Positions 28,656-41,959 of a stretch of DNA of 64,000 nt are shown here, one piece after another. The notes beneath the pieces are model-generated. The model did no database searches. It saw nothing but the letters and a program-made list of their open reading frames with translations, and was not told the origin of the DNA. The DNA is taken from assembly GCF_009914755.1 (NCBI RefSeq), contig NC_060927.1; one strand, given 5' to 3'. How positions within the stretch are numbered: position 1 is the first letter of the stretch; every line of letters starts with the position of its first letter. The DNA is from the human T2T-CHM13v2.0 reference genome, Homo sapiens. The translations under genes and the position numbers were made by a program.

Positions 28656-30566
28656 ACTAGAAATCATCAGAGATAGATAGGTTGAGAATATAAAATAAAA
28701 CTGGTCTTCCTTAAATTCTTATCATTAAACAGACAAACCAAGGACAACAGCAACCAGGTTCACCTCTTGATGCATTAGGAGTGATTTCCATAGGATTGCT
28801 GAGTCTCTTCCCATTTGCGCCCTAGATAACATGACTTTTTCTTTCTTAAGGATTTTTCTCTATTGATTATTCTCTACCTCCGATGCTTTTGAACATTTTC
28901 TACTTTCTTGGCTACCTTCCATTAACATTTAAATATTTTAAAACCTATTTTACCCTATCAAACTACTAACGAACTACTCTCAACTATAAAACTTCCTTTG
29001 ACTCAAGTTTCCTCTTACACTACTCACATTATGATCTTATACCCATTCTCTTAAAACTTCCCTGTTGTCACCTGTTGAGCAGCAGATTGCAGGAACCACT
29101 CCACAGCATGGTCTGAGGTGAGGAATAGCTTTGATTTTGAAAGCAAAAATGTACATGGATAGAGGTCACAAGAAAAAAGAAAGCATGGGCCTCTCATTCT
29201 CCTATCATACCAGCATGAAGTGTATATGGGCCTGTATTGATCTTTATCACACAGGAGAAAGTACCTCATCAGCAGAGAAATCAGCTGCATTGCATCAGAT
29301 ATGTAGATTTGAATGATAGTCTATTAATAGGCATTGTGTGGGAATGCCATCTGCTCAGCACTCCTTAAGGAGTCCTTAAGGGCACATGGGACTTCCTCTG
29401 CTTGAGTGGGGGAATCTCTGCTTTTATAGGCAGCTGAAATTGGATGTAGCCTTTTTCACTGGAAGAGCTACTGTGTCCCAGGTAGCTCTTTATCTAGGCA
29501 ATACGGGGCGAACACCAACACCCAGGAAGGGCAAACCTCCTTGCATCATACTTTCTAAAAGTATAACTGCTTTTCATTGTCACTTTCTTGCCTTTGGTTT
29601 TAGTTTCCTACAACTCTGAAATTCCTTCTGTGATGTCTCTCTTCTCCTATGGCTATATCCAAAGAACACTAAATTTACACTATACTTGAAATTTTGGGGG
29701 TATTCTATCACAATTGTCCTCTTACACCTTCTCAATGTGATACTTCCTCACAACCATGCTATGTGTGGTTGTAATGAGCAAAGCCTCAGGTCCAATTCTG
29801 CCATACATACAAATATATATTAAAGAAGTATTTACAAGCAAACTGGGTACAAAGCAGTTCATATATCCTGTACTGTCTAAAGATAACCATGAGCTCTCTG
29901 TCTCTTCAAGTACTCTGATTATACCTTCATGAAGTAGACACAAACATTTCAGAGCCAAGATACTGAACCCTAATTATCAGAAACATGTAATCAAAAATAA
30001 AAGCCAATGTCAGTAAACAATGGAACACAATACCCCAAGAAGAGCATTTTGAGATACAGGTTTAGGTGCCAACCCTGAGTTGAATTGTAGGGTACTTATA
30101 CATAGTTTGTTATAGGTGGTGAGAATCTCCACATTATTTAAGCTAATACACATATCTTGAATACCTTCAATTTCACTAATGGGAACCAATTTTTAACATT
30201 CATCACGATAGTTAGTTACTTTTAATATTGTGTGTTAATTTGCATATAGTATCAATTGTTAGTTAACATAGGGATTTCAGAAAAGCTAGCATCAGCCACC
30301 TCTGGAGTATGATCCTGCCCTGGACAATATTGGATGACCTCCCTGGAAGGTACATTATTGATATCAGGACAACTGAGTGTCCCTGAACTATGTACTTTTG
30401 ATTACCTCAACTGACTCCCACTGGAAGTCAAAGATGAGAGTAATTGATATGTGCATTGTATCCTGCCATCAATATTGAAGTGATTTAAAGAAAATTATAG
30501 GCATCATGTCCACTAGCAGCAGTGGAGTGTCATCTCACATGCTACTCAGCTGACTGCTAAAGTTTT

Positions 30567-30947
30567 AAAGCTTTAAAAGGGAGTGATCATGATCCTTTAA
30601 ATTGGGATGGAATCTGCCATCAGGCATTCTTAATCCTAAAAGAAGAGCTAGGAACAGCCCCTGCTTTGGGATTCCCTAACTTAGAAAAACCTTTCACCCT
30701 CTATGTGGCTGAAAAACAAGAGATGGCTTTGGGTGGCCTAACTCAAAGGCTCAATAATAGCCTCATACACAGTGGCTTACTTTTATGAACTACATCCAGG
30801 TGGCAGCTGAGTGACTAGGATGCTTGTAAACAGTGGCAACCACTGCTCTATTGGTAGAAGCCAGTAAATTTACCTTGGGACACAAATGAGATGAATGAAG
30901 TACAGGGGGTCTTAGAAGCCAAATGACACCAATGGCTAACAGAAGAC
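30567..30947 (+). pseudogene. ERV1 (gammaretrovirus-like) pol fragment, RT connection/tether region, with stops and frameshifts
   Basis: Manual translation: PLNWDGICHQAFLILKEELGTAPALGFPNLEKPFTLYVAEKQEMALGGLTQRL, then VAYF, GCL*TVATTALLVEASKFTLG, VQGVLEAK*HQWLT. Confidence 0.88.
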
Positions 30948-31266
30948 TGTAAATTTAACACATTTACCAAAGATAAAGTCCTTAGGTAGAGACAGGAGAT
31001 TTTGGCCTATTTCCTCCATATCTGCTCATCTCTGCCTTCTTGCTTTGCTTTATATCACCACGTACTTTCCAAGCTATATGTAATTTGCTTTTAAGAAATT
31101 AATGCCCAAGTTGTCCATATTATAAAAGTAACCCTTGGAGATTTTTTCTTTGTGAATTCTTAGGCAGAGAAGTAAGCTATTAATATAGTCCTCAGTTTAA
31201 CAAGTTTGATATGTGTCCTCCTAAAGTACATATTTTATATATATCATGTGTTCCTTTGTTGGTATT

Positions 31267-31670
31267 TGTGTTAGGCCATTCTTGTGTCACTATAAAGAAA
31301 TACCTGAGACTGGGCAGTTAAATAAAAAAAGAAATTGAATTGGATCACAGTTCTACAGGCTGTACGGGAAGCATGGCACCAGCATCTGTCAGCTTCTGGG
31401 GAGGTATCAGGGAGCTTCCACTCATAGTGGAAGGTGAAGTGGGAGCAAGCATGTCACATGACTAGAGAGGGAGCAAAAGAGTGGGGGAGGTGCCACACAC
31501 ATTTAAACAACCAGCTCTTGTGAGAACTCACTTATTATCATGAGGAAAGCATCAAGCCATGAGGGATCCACCACCATGATCCAATCACCTCTCACCAGGC
31601 CCCACCTCCAACACTGGGGATCACAGTTCAACATGAGATTTGGGCAGAGACACAGATACAAATTATATCA
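31267..31670 (-). mobile_element. MaLR solo LTR (MSTA/MSTB)
   Basis: TG...CA ends; 'ataaagaaatacctgagactggg', 'ggccccacctccaacactgggga'; 5-bp TSD gtatt/gtatc. Confidence 0.92.
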
Positions 31671-31675
31671 GTATC

Positions 31676-32720
31676 TTTATTAGAAGTTATTTTTTAGAGC
31701 AGTTTTAGTTTTCTAGAAAAATTTTACAGAAAGAAGAGAAAGGGGTCCTCACCCCATTTCCCCTAATTATTACTATCTTGCAATCATGTGGTATATTTAT
31801 TATAATTAATGAAGAAATAATGAACACATTATTATTAACTAAAGTTTATAGTTTACATTAGGATTAACTCCTTGGGTTGTAAAGTTCTATGGGTTTTAAC
31901 AAGTGCACATGATGTCAGGTAAACATCACCATAACATCACCCAGAACCAGTTTCACCGACCTAAAAATCCCATGTGTTCTACTTATGTATCCTTCCCTTT
32001 TCTTCCCACAACCTCTGGCAACCACTGATCTTTTCACTGTCTTATAATTTTGTCTTTTCCAGAATGCCATATATTTCAAATCACACTGATTGTAGCCTTT
32101 CCAAGCTGGCTTATTTCACTTAGCAATATGCATTTAAGTTTACTCCATGCATTTCAGTGGCTTTGTAGTTCTGCCTTTACTGCTGAATAATATTCTAGTG
32201 TATGGATGCCCCACAATTTATTTATACATCCGTCTATTGAAAGACAACTGCATTGCTCCCAAGATTTGGCAATTATGAATAAAACTGCTATAAACATCTG
32301 CATGCAGATTTTTGTGTGTACATAAGCTCTTAACTTATTTGAGTAAATACCAGGAAGTATGATTGCTGGATCCAATAATGAGTACGTTTAGGTTTTTAAG
32401 AAACTGCCATATTGTCTTCCAGAGGGGCTATACGACCCTCACCAGCAATGAATGTGTTCCTGTTGTTCCAATTCCTCACCAGCATTTGATGTTGTCAATG
32501 TTTTGGATTTTGGCCATTCTAATAGACATCTTGTGGTATCTTATTTTTGTTTTACTTTGTAACTCCCTAATGACATATGATGTTGAGCATTTTTAATATG
32601 CTTATTTGCCTTTTGTATAGCTTCTTTGGTAAGATGACCATTCAGATCTTTTATGCACTCTTTAATTGGGTTATTTCCGTATTGTTGAGTTTTAAACACT
32701 CTTTCCATATTTAAAATAAT
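31676..32720 (-). mobile_element. L1MC-type 3' UTR plus ORF2 C-terminus
   Basis: ORF 32154-32375(-) DPAIILPGIY...MFIAVLFIIAKSW...LWGIHTLEYYSAVK is the L1 ORF2p C-terminus; 'ttttttagagcagtttt' terminus. Confidence 0.9.
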
Positions 32721-32744
32721 AGTCTACCATATTTAAAATAAGTG

Positions 32745-33457
32745 TCTCCAATGGAGGATTGTGCTCCTGGTAATCTGTGATTCTCACTATCTGCCTCACT
32801 GTCAAGTTTTGGGGGCAGAGGCATGCCTTGTGATCTCAATACTCTAGTGGATCTCAGAAGAGTTTTCAATTTGTAGTTTGTTCAGGTTGTTTTTTATTAT
32901 TGATGTAAGTTTAACTCAGGATCCCTGGGTTTGGGGCTATGCAGTGTGAAAAAGTACCCACTTATAAATGTTGCACCTTTAGTTTTGTTCCAAAAGATTC
33001 CAGAAAGAAGCCCAATACCTGCAAAACAAAAACCAGTTGGATCCAGAAACACTTGAGTTGGAGATGAGCCTTGGAAACCTCTCCTGACTACATACCAAAA
33101 ACCCCACCCAGGGAGGAGCTTATTCACCATGTTTTATACATGTGACATATGTAGAAGAATGATCAACAACTGCATCTGCACTGCCTTTAATCCACCTCTA
33201 CACACAATGACTCAGCCAACCAGCCTAAGATAAGCCCTGTTTTCACCCTCATTCAGGGAGCCAATGTTTGGGGAGTTATCCCCAGTGCCCTCTTTATTTG
33301 TTGCATGTAATAAAGCCCCCTTGTTAAGTCTTCCTTGGTTGTGGTTATTGGACTGTCACTTGTCAAACAATTGAACCCACTTGTTGTGTGGGCAATAGAA
33401 GGATGACAGTAATAACTTCGAAGGTCTTTACATGTCTAATCTAAAATCAAAAGTCTG
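32745..33457 (-). mobile_element. L1M extreme 5' end, split by an LTR
   Basis: 'gtggatctcagaagagttttcaatttgtagtttgttcag' resumes after the LTR as 'aacttcgaaggtctttacatgtctaatctaaaatcaaaagtc'. Confidence 0.55.
32901..33397 (+). mobile_element. ERV1-type solo LTR (family not identified)
   Basis: Starts TG; 'gggagttatccccagtg' then AATAAA at 33309-33314 and a U5-like end; interrupts L1 5' sequence. Confidence 0.7.
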
Positions 33458-33844
33458 GCATTTGTTTTTGATTAAACTAAAGTTACTTTAAATATTTAAG
33501 ATCTACTCTTTTCCCTCAAAATAACCAGTCCTACCAACTAACTAATATTTTGTGATATGCACTAGCTACATATTATTTTTTCATTCTCCTAATGATGGAC
33601 ATCTAGGATACTTCCAACTTCCTGCTTTAACAATCATTGATAGATATATGTATACCCTAATAGATACACTCTTTCATATTTCTTAGTCTATACTTTCATT
33701 TTTATTTATAACATGCTATCTGCTTTTTCCTAAATACATTACATCTATAAACTCACTTTATTTAAAAATTATTTTATGAGGCAAATTTTATTACTATCCT
33801 AATTTTTCAAGGGAAACTGAGACACATAAAATGTATGTAAATAC

Positions 33845-34074
33845 TACTCTCATAAGTGGGAACTGAACAATGAGAACATTTGGGCACAGGGAGGGGAACA
33901 TCACACACCTGGGCCTGTGGGGGGCTGGAGGGCAAGGAGAGGGATAGCATTAGGAGAAATACCTAATGTAGATGACAGGTTGATGGGTGCAGCAAACCAC
34001 CATGGTACATGTATACCTGTGTAACAAACCTGCATGTTCTGCACATGTATCCCAGAACTCAAAGTATAATAAAA
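33845..34074 (+). mobile_element. L1PA (about PA7-8) 3' end, 5'-truncated
   Basis: 'gaacaatgagaacat...gcattaggagaaatacctaatgtagatgac...atcccagaactcaaagtataataaaa'. Confidence 0.93.
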
Positions 34075-34089
34075 TTTTCTTTTAATAAA

Positions 34090-35760
34090 CTTTTGTGACA
34101 AAATGAGAAAAAAGAAGCAATTTAAACTTAATTGGGATTTCCTTGAATGTATCGATTAGTGTTTGGAGAACTACATCTTTGTTATATTTAATCAATGCAA
34201 AAATTAACATGGTATATGTTATTCAGCTCCCTTTTTATATATTTCAATGGAGTTTATAAAATGGCTGTATTAAAAATTGTGTGTTCTTTGTTTATAAACC
34301 AAAGTATTTTTATATCAATCACTTTAATAATACAAACAAATGAATGAATTAGACATGGCAAAAATTATTAACTTATATTTACTTAAAAGAAATACTCTGG
34401 GACATTTGAGGTTCTGCCCAAGGATATATAGCTTCTCTTGCAGAGTGAAGCTTAAAAACCATGTCTTATCAATCCTAGGTAAGAGATCTTTATATTGCAC
34501 TCTGTAGAATTACCTTTTGTAGAGATAGAAAGGGGCATTCACACAATCTAAAAAACTAAATTCCTGAGCCCAAAGTTTAATGGAAATAACTTTTACAAGC
34601 ACTTTAGAGAAATACCTTTTTCACTTCTCTGTAGACCCATGAAGGGGTTAGTGTTCAAGGAACACTTTGCTATGTCATGTCTGATGACAAGCAAAAAATT
34701 GCTTAACTTGACTACATTATATTTTTTATTTAATGAAAGATAACCACAGATGCAGGTAACAAACTGATGGCAGTCTCGGAGAAGATACTTAAAATATTAA
34801 AACTAATGAGACATTATTATCTAGAATAAATCAGAAACTTCTAAAAATTAATAAGAACATGTTGAGAAATCACTGTAAAATGGCAAAGGATGATGACTAG
34901 AAATTTCAAAGAAGAGACAGCCCAGATTATTGTTGAGCCTTATTTGAAATTAAATAACTATATTATCAAATTAAAGTAAATAAAAACAACAGTAAGATAT
35001 ATGTATATACCTATCAGAATAGTGGCAAAAAGTATCGATATTAAGAACAATGGACATTAAAGTTGAGAATACAGCCCTTTGCCAGTGGAAGAGGAAATTC
35101 CCCCAAGGAAGTGCTTCCCCACTTGGGTTAGCAGCTTAGATAAAATTATTGATTTATAACTGATTATACTCTATACTTCTGTAATGCAAGCTATATAATG
35201 GCACAAAACCAAGTATCATGTAGTAGTTAAAGGCTATCTTTGAAGTCAGATAATTTGAGTGTATTCTCTACGCATCCATTACTACTAAGCAATTTACATA
35301 TAATATTTTGCCTTCTGTTGAGCGCTTTTGGCATCCTATTAAAGACTCTCTTTCTACCCTAATTTACAATGATATAGGTGTGAATTTCCTTCTCTGATTT
35401 TACAGACTCTCTGCTTACATTTGGGTCTTTAATTTATCAGGGATCTTCGTTAGCTAGCAATTCAGTTTTACGTGTTTTATATAGTCAGCCTGTTTTCCCA
35501 GCACCATGTACCACTGACATATAAGGGCATCTTTACCATGTCAAAGTTTGTATTTATTCACAGGTCTATTTTTGAATACTCATTTCTGTTACAGTGATCT
35601 AGGAATATCTGACAGGGCATACCCTTTTAAAATCACTTAGCTATTAGTGGATATGTAGCCTTTGAAACCAATTTTGGAAAGATAGATTTCTCTCTGATTT
35701 TATTGCTTTTTATTAGTGATCACATTCATATCATTGAAGCAAATTCGAAGAATTGATCCA
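34090..35760. mobile_element. Very old L1ME-like fragments in both orientations, plus a MIR piece
   Basis: Degenerate ORF2 motifs, e.g. 'ttattatctagaataaatcagaaactt' (+) and 'gttttcccagcaccat' (-). Confidence 0.4.
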
Positions 35761-37192
35761 ATTAAAATTTTTAGGAAAGAGACATGATTTTCAGTTGAAA
35801 CCTTAAAAATTTTTAGTAAAAAATCAAAAAAGACATAAAACCCCTCCTTTGGATATTTTAACATTTGGTGCTAATGAATGAGACATTTTAGTACAAAATT
35901 TCCACCAACACATTTAAATAAAAGCATATGCCTCTCTTACCACTGTGTTTATGTACATGAATGAAAATATTTTTTCTTTGCCAGGAAATTTGTTTGCATA
36001 CAATAAACACTGAATCTGTCTTTAGTTTTCAGGTTGAATAAGTTTCCCTTTTAAGGGCCATAATTTATTTTATTCAAATCATCTTGCTTGTTACTGACTG
36101 GGAGAAGATAAGTCTGGGCCATCTGGCATTCTTTAGTAGCTTATTTTGACACCTCATTCATTTGTTTAAATAATTCACTGATCCAATATAAGTGAGCATT
36201 CCAAAATGTAAAGTACTTTTATTCCTAGAATAAATCAATATATATTTACATTCTATAGTTAGGTGCAAATAAATTAATGCCTGGAACACTACTCAGTCAA
36301 ATTGGCATATTTGGTTACCGTCCTCAATCTCTTCACTTGCTCTGAAAACATTTTTTTTGTTTTGTAATTTACATATTAGGCTGAATTAGATACTTGAGTT
36401 TGCTGCATAAAAGTGAGCCTGACTGACAGGATGTCAGAAATGTTCAATACTAGCATAATTGTTCTCCAATTTTGATAGTTGATATACATGTACAAGGTTT
36501 TAAACTTTGTTGATTGATACGATATAGAGATCGATCATGACAAATTCAGCAGAGGCATTTTCATTTCTCCTGACTGTTGGAATCCCACATGAACACTTTT
36601 CCGTGTTCTCCTTATTGTTAAGCTGATAAAGAAATTCAAATTTACATATTCTAAACATGTCATCCTTTCATTTTAATTATAATATACAATATACTAACTC
36701 ATATACAATATACCAACCAATATTTTGGAGTATAGATTTTCTTCATATTATTTGAATTAAAAAATCTCAAAGCTTCTTTCTCCACAGACTTTACACAAAT
36801 AAAATAACTTAAGATGAATCTCTTTTAACTATAAACTTTTGTATGTTTTGCAGCAAAGTGACATGTGAAGGCAACAAATATTCCTTTTTAAAATATAAAC
36901 ATGTCAAAGTCTTACATATGTTTTCCTATTGAAATATAAAAGTGAATTTTCAATGTCTCCAAGAGTTATTTTTGTACAATCACTTAGGTATATTTATGCT
37001 TCTTATATAACGGCATTTCTAATTAATACTATTTCTTGTAACAATGACCCATCATACTCAATGCACTGTTGGTACCAACATCATTAGAAGGCCCTAAGAA
37101 GTTGACATTTTGTTTTTAATTGCTTCACAAATATTTATTTTATGACTACCTAACTAGGCACTATAAGTAAATATTTGTCTCCTGATGAAAAA

Positions 37193-37252
37193 CATATGTG
37201 TGTGTATATGTATATGTGTGTGTGTATATATATATGTTTAATACATATATAT
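37193..37252. repeat. (TG)/(TA) microsatellite
   Basis: catatgtgtgtgtatatgtatatgtgtgtgtgtatatatatatg. Confidence 0.8.
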
Positions 37253-37339
37253 TTTTTCAAATAGCTTCATAATCTATTAGGGGACATGCTCACACACAAC
37301 AATAATTAAAATATATCATCCTAAATGCATTGAGCAGAT

Positions 37340-37771
37340 ACCATTAATTCATCACACGTATCTCCTTTAGTGTCTATCATTTTTTTCTGTGACTGCGTAA
37401 CTTCCATGGAGTAACTTCCAGCTTCTACCTAATGTGTCTCTCTGGCTGCTGGTGCTTGTTCCACCCGGGAGAAGGACAGGTCAGAAGTGTTGGGTAATTA
37501 ACAACTTCCACCTTGCAGCACTCTGCTCATAATTAGTGCGAGCTGAAGATTTCCATGAGTATGTTCTATATTGACTTTCAGAATACCCAAGCAGAATTAA
37601 GCTTCAGTCACCTGCAGTGGTAACCTGTAAAAATTCATAAACCCATAATGCCTCCATTTTTGTGTGTCTCACTTCCCCACTCTGTGACCATGTTCCTGGC
37701 GTTAATTTCAAAATAAAAAGCCTACGCTTGAATCCTTGTGTATCTGCTTCTGTGAGAATGCAAATAAGATA
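37340..37771 (+). mobile_element. ERVL LTR (LTR16-like)
   Basis: 'aagcttcagtcacctgcagtggtaacc', 'gtctcacttccccactc', 'aataaa...gaatccttgtgtatctgcttctg'. Confidence 0.65.
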
Positions 37772-37855
37772 ATGTAATAATAAAGATATTTATGGATGTA
37801 GAGATGAGGGATATTTAGCATTTAGATATGATCATGAGAGACTTTCTGGACAAGG

Positions 37856-38522
37856 TATCTTAGTTTGTTCATGCTGTCATAACAAAATATCAAGGATTGG
37901 GTTGTTTAAACAACAGACATTTATTTTCTCACAATTCTTAAGGCTGTAAGTCTAAGGCCAAGGTGTTAGCATGATTGATTTCTGGTGAGGATTCTCTTCT
38001 TGGCTTGTAGCAGCTGCCATTTCACTGTGTCCTCACAAGGCCTCTTCTTTGTGTGTGCAGGAAGGGAGAGAGAGAGAGAGAGAGAGTGCAAGAGCAAGCT
38101 TTCTGGTATCTTTTAAAAAGTGAAACTGACTGACTTCTCAGCAACAATAGGTAGATAATAGAATAATGTATTTTAAATGTTGAGGGAAAATAACTATCAA
38201 TCTAGAAATCTTTGAAGTATGCAACTGTTATTAATAATTAAGCCCAAATAAACCCATGTTGTAAAAAAGAGAAAACATCAGATCAGAATTTTGTTACTTA
38301 ACTTTATTGAAAAAACATGCTTTATATACAATAAGGTATATCCATTTTAAGAGAAAAAAAATAAAAAGGAAGAACAGTAATTTTACTGTATCAGGGCCTC
38401 ACCCATATGACCTTAACTTACCTTCGTTATTTCCTTAAAGGCCCTGTCTTCAAATACAGTGGCATTGTGGGTTAGGGCTTCAGCATACAAATTTTGGAAG
38501 GGACACACTTCAGTCCATAGCA
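37856..38522 (-). mobile_element. MLT1A-like solo LTR in an L2 relic, interrupted by a ~240-bp insert
   Basis: 'aaacaacagacatttattttctcaca', 'ggttagggcttcagcatacaaattttg...cagtccatagca'; perfect TSD caagg at 37851-37855 and 38523-38527. Confidence 0.9.
38121..38361 (+). mobile_element. L1 ORF1/HAL1-like retroposed fragment with A-rich tail
   Basis: 'gacttctcagcaacaat...aaatgttgagggaaaataactatcaatctagaa'; flanked by taaaaag at 38114-38120 and 38362-38368. Confidence 0.55.
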
Positions 38523-38699
38523 CAAGGTGAATGTTGGTTTGCGTCTAAAGAGACAAGTAGGACGTATTGAGGTAAAAGATGTAGGGATTTCATTTTATGA
38601 AAAGAGAAAAAAGACAGAAGTGAAGCATACCTTGGTGATGTTTCAAAAAAAAAAACAAAAAACAGAAGCAATTCTTAGCTTTAGAAAGATAAAATTGGA

Positions 38700-39002
<303 letters not shown>

Positions 39003-41959
39003 AAAGATAAAATTGGAGGTGGATAATGTAAGATATTTGTTGAAGAGGTAGTAACACTGTTTTTGGCTTGGAATTCTGGCAAATGCATTTGTTGAAGGAT
39101 AGAGGTGAAAGAGAGTAAACGATACTTATGAGAGAACAACCTGATGACCAAGGATGGGATCTAAGGTGGTATGAAATTACACAGCAATCATTCAAGTGGG
39201 TCTGATATACTGGAAGGAAATAGCAATACCATAGTGTAGATATCTAAATGGAATTAAAGAACACGTTGGAAAAGTAAAAAAATAATAATAAATAAATAAA
39301 GTCATGATCAGAGTTTAATACTGGTGATTAAAATTATAGAGGTAGATAAGTAATGGATGATAATATGGCCACGCTGAGACCCAAGGTGTTAGCAGGCACA
39401 GAGTTGGAGAAATGACAGGGCTATGAATGACTAGCACTCCGGGATGTGTTCATTCTGGCAGCCTGAGACAGGGTTTGTGTAGAGGAAAGATTTAAGTGTA
39501 GAGTTCATCAGTGGAGAAAGGGTCAGGGGGTGATAGTCAATCAATGGGCTATGTTTCATGGTGGGACTTTCTAATTTCTTATCATTGTGTGTAACAAAGA
39601 GGACTTGACTTGAGTTTTACATAGAGTTGAAAATATCAAGCGAAAGGTGGTGTTAGTAAATGGGAGAAAGTTCTTTCCTCAGTGAGGAGCCACATTCCTA
39701 GTAAGCCTGTTAGGAAACGGACGCTGGAAATTTTAGTATAATTATTAAGTATGTTTGGGGATTTTTCTATCATTTTTCTCAAAAAATATTTCTGAGCTCC
39801 TACTGTAAGCAAGTCATCATGCCAATCAATGGCCTAATTGCCAACACACACACACATATACACACTTATTTATTTACTTTTTAAATGATTGATATAAGTG
39901 TGATCTAAAATACTATATGGACATAGGGTTAGAGGGCACAATGAAAAAGCACTGACTGATAATTTCTTTAATTAAATAGGACTCTAAACATGTAGTATTT
40001 ATTCAACATCTCTGTGCTCCCAGGTTATTCAGCCTCCCTTTGTCTTTCTCTCTCTCTCTTTTTGTCTCTCCCTCCCGTCTATACGTCCATATGCATATTA
40101 TCTATCTATCAATCATCTATCTACCTGCTTACCTGTCTACATTCCTACCTACCTATTCTTCATATTTTTCTTTGTGCAGTCAATTTTGATCCTCCTGGAG
40201 ATTGTTTCAATTATGCCCTCATTCATAATTACACATTTTCATCATTTTTTAAGGTTTCCTGTGCTTGGATTTAGTGAAAAGAATCAGGTAAACTAGGTAA
40301 TTTTAATCAATCATAATTCCATAAGTCATTATAAATACTTCAAAGAGTATTTTTAGATAGCGCATTTATGTTAATCAACCAATTTATCTCACAAAAATGG
40401 TGCCTCATAATGAAAGAACATGAAGCTGTACAGGTAATAAGATTTGGCCTTATAGAAACAAGCTTTGATTCCTGGTATTCCCAATATAAATTTAAACCTC
40501 CAGCTTTTTAAAGATAACAGTTCATATAGTTTATAATATCAGGTCACTATATATATTCTATCTGATAAGGAAAGCCTTGATGTTTGCCTTGAGGGGGGCA
40601 AATATCCTCCTTGTCCTCCAAAGCCTCATAATTACATTGGGAATATAGACATAAATACAAGTATCTTTATTACTTGGAAAGGTGAGGAGCATCTTAAATG
40701 TGAGAAAAGTATGTTTCCATTTTGCCCTGTTCATACTGAGAACACCCCATAGTATTATGTCTTTTAGACTACACAATGTCTGTAGGAGAAAATAATATAT
40801 ATTCCTAAAAGAGTTTTGAAATATCTAAATAATACTTTGTTTTCCCCAAGCTTCACTTAAATTGTTGAATTTGTTTCTGCTCCTCCAATTACCATACTCA
40901 CGCACTGAAAAGTAAAATAAATCTATTTTCATTTTTACTTTTGAGTGTATTTTTTCCTCTAATGATAGAAAAGCTTCAAATAACAGTTATTTTAATATTT
41001 CCCTGAGATTTTTAGAGCACTTGCACTCAATCACTTGTGAAGTGAATTCTATACTCAGTTAACTTATAAATATTACAAACAATTTAATCCATGTTTACTT
41101 TGCTGTCCGTTTTAGTATTAGAGATTTTATTTTCTTCTTCTCCCTGTAACAGTACAATGGGTCAATTACAGATGTTTATTTTGTTATAAAGTATAAAACA
41201 ATATTATGTATTTAAGAAGTGGCCCTTTCAAGTTTCTATCTCAGCACTACTGTATAATTCTTATTTGTATTATACTTGTAACTTGATATATAATATAATT
41301 TGAATATTTTGAAACTTTGTAGATGAAAGTCATTTAGTTACAATTTTTATTGCATAGTACTGCATCTTTTTAGCAGATATTTTAAAGAAAATGATTTATG
41401 TTTCATTGATACAGAATATGATCAATTCTTTTTTGCACATATATTTGTTACTGTTTAAAATATCTTCATTATTTTAAAGCAATTCAAGAGGAAAAAGAAC
41501 TCAGTTAACATCTATATGACAATCAAATACATTTGTGATTTTACAATTACCACGAATATTATTCTGGGAATTTTATTATATATATTTTTATACATATTCA
41601 TAAATATGTACACACATATCTATGTATTTCAATTACTTGAGCTAAGAAGAAAGTTTTTAGGAAAATGAAAGTGGTAAGGCTCAGAGTCCTCAAGATGGGG
41701 GTCATATTGTGAAATATTATTATATTCAGGATATTAAGTATAGAGACAATGTAGCACTAAATCTTTAAGATGTCTTCAATGGTGAGAAAAGATAGAATTA
41801 GAGACAGATACAGGGAGTGGGAGAAGGAGAGAGAACAAGAAAAATAATGAGAGAGAGAGAAGGTAAATTTAAGAACTTGAAAATTGGTAAACCTACATGA
41901 AAGTGAAAAATGTAAGAGAGTTACTTTGAAATTATTTCAAAAATAAAAGTTTTAAAATA

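Noticed and set aside
30552-30956. gactgctaaagttt / gactgtaaattt as a TSD around the pol fragment
   Set aside because: It needs two indels in 14 bp and there is no poly-A tail. I keep it only as a weak alternative to the inversion model.
32154-32596. ORFs of 73 and 77 aa
   Set aside because: They are the decayed L1 ORF2 C-terminus and its antisense frame, not a gene.
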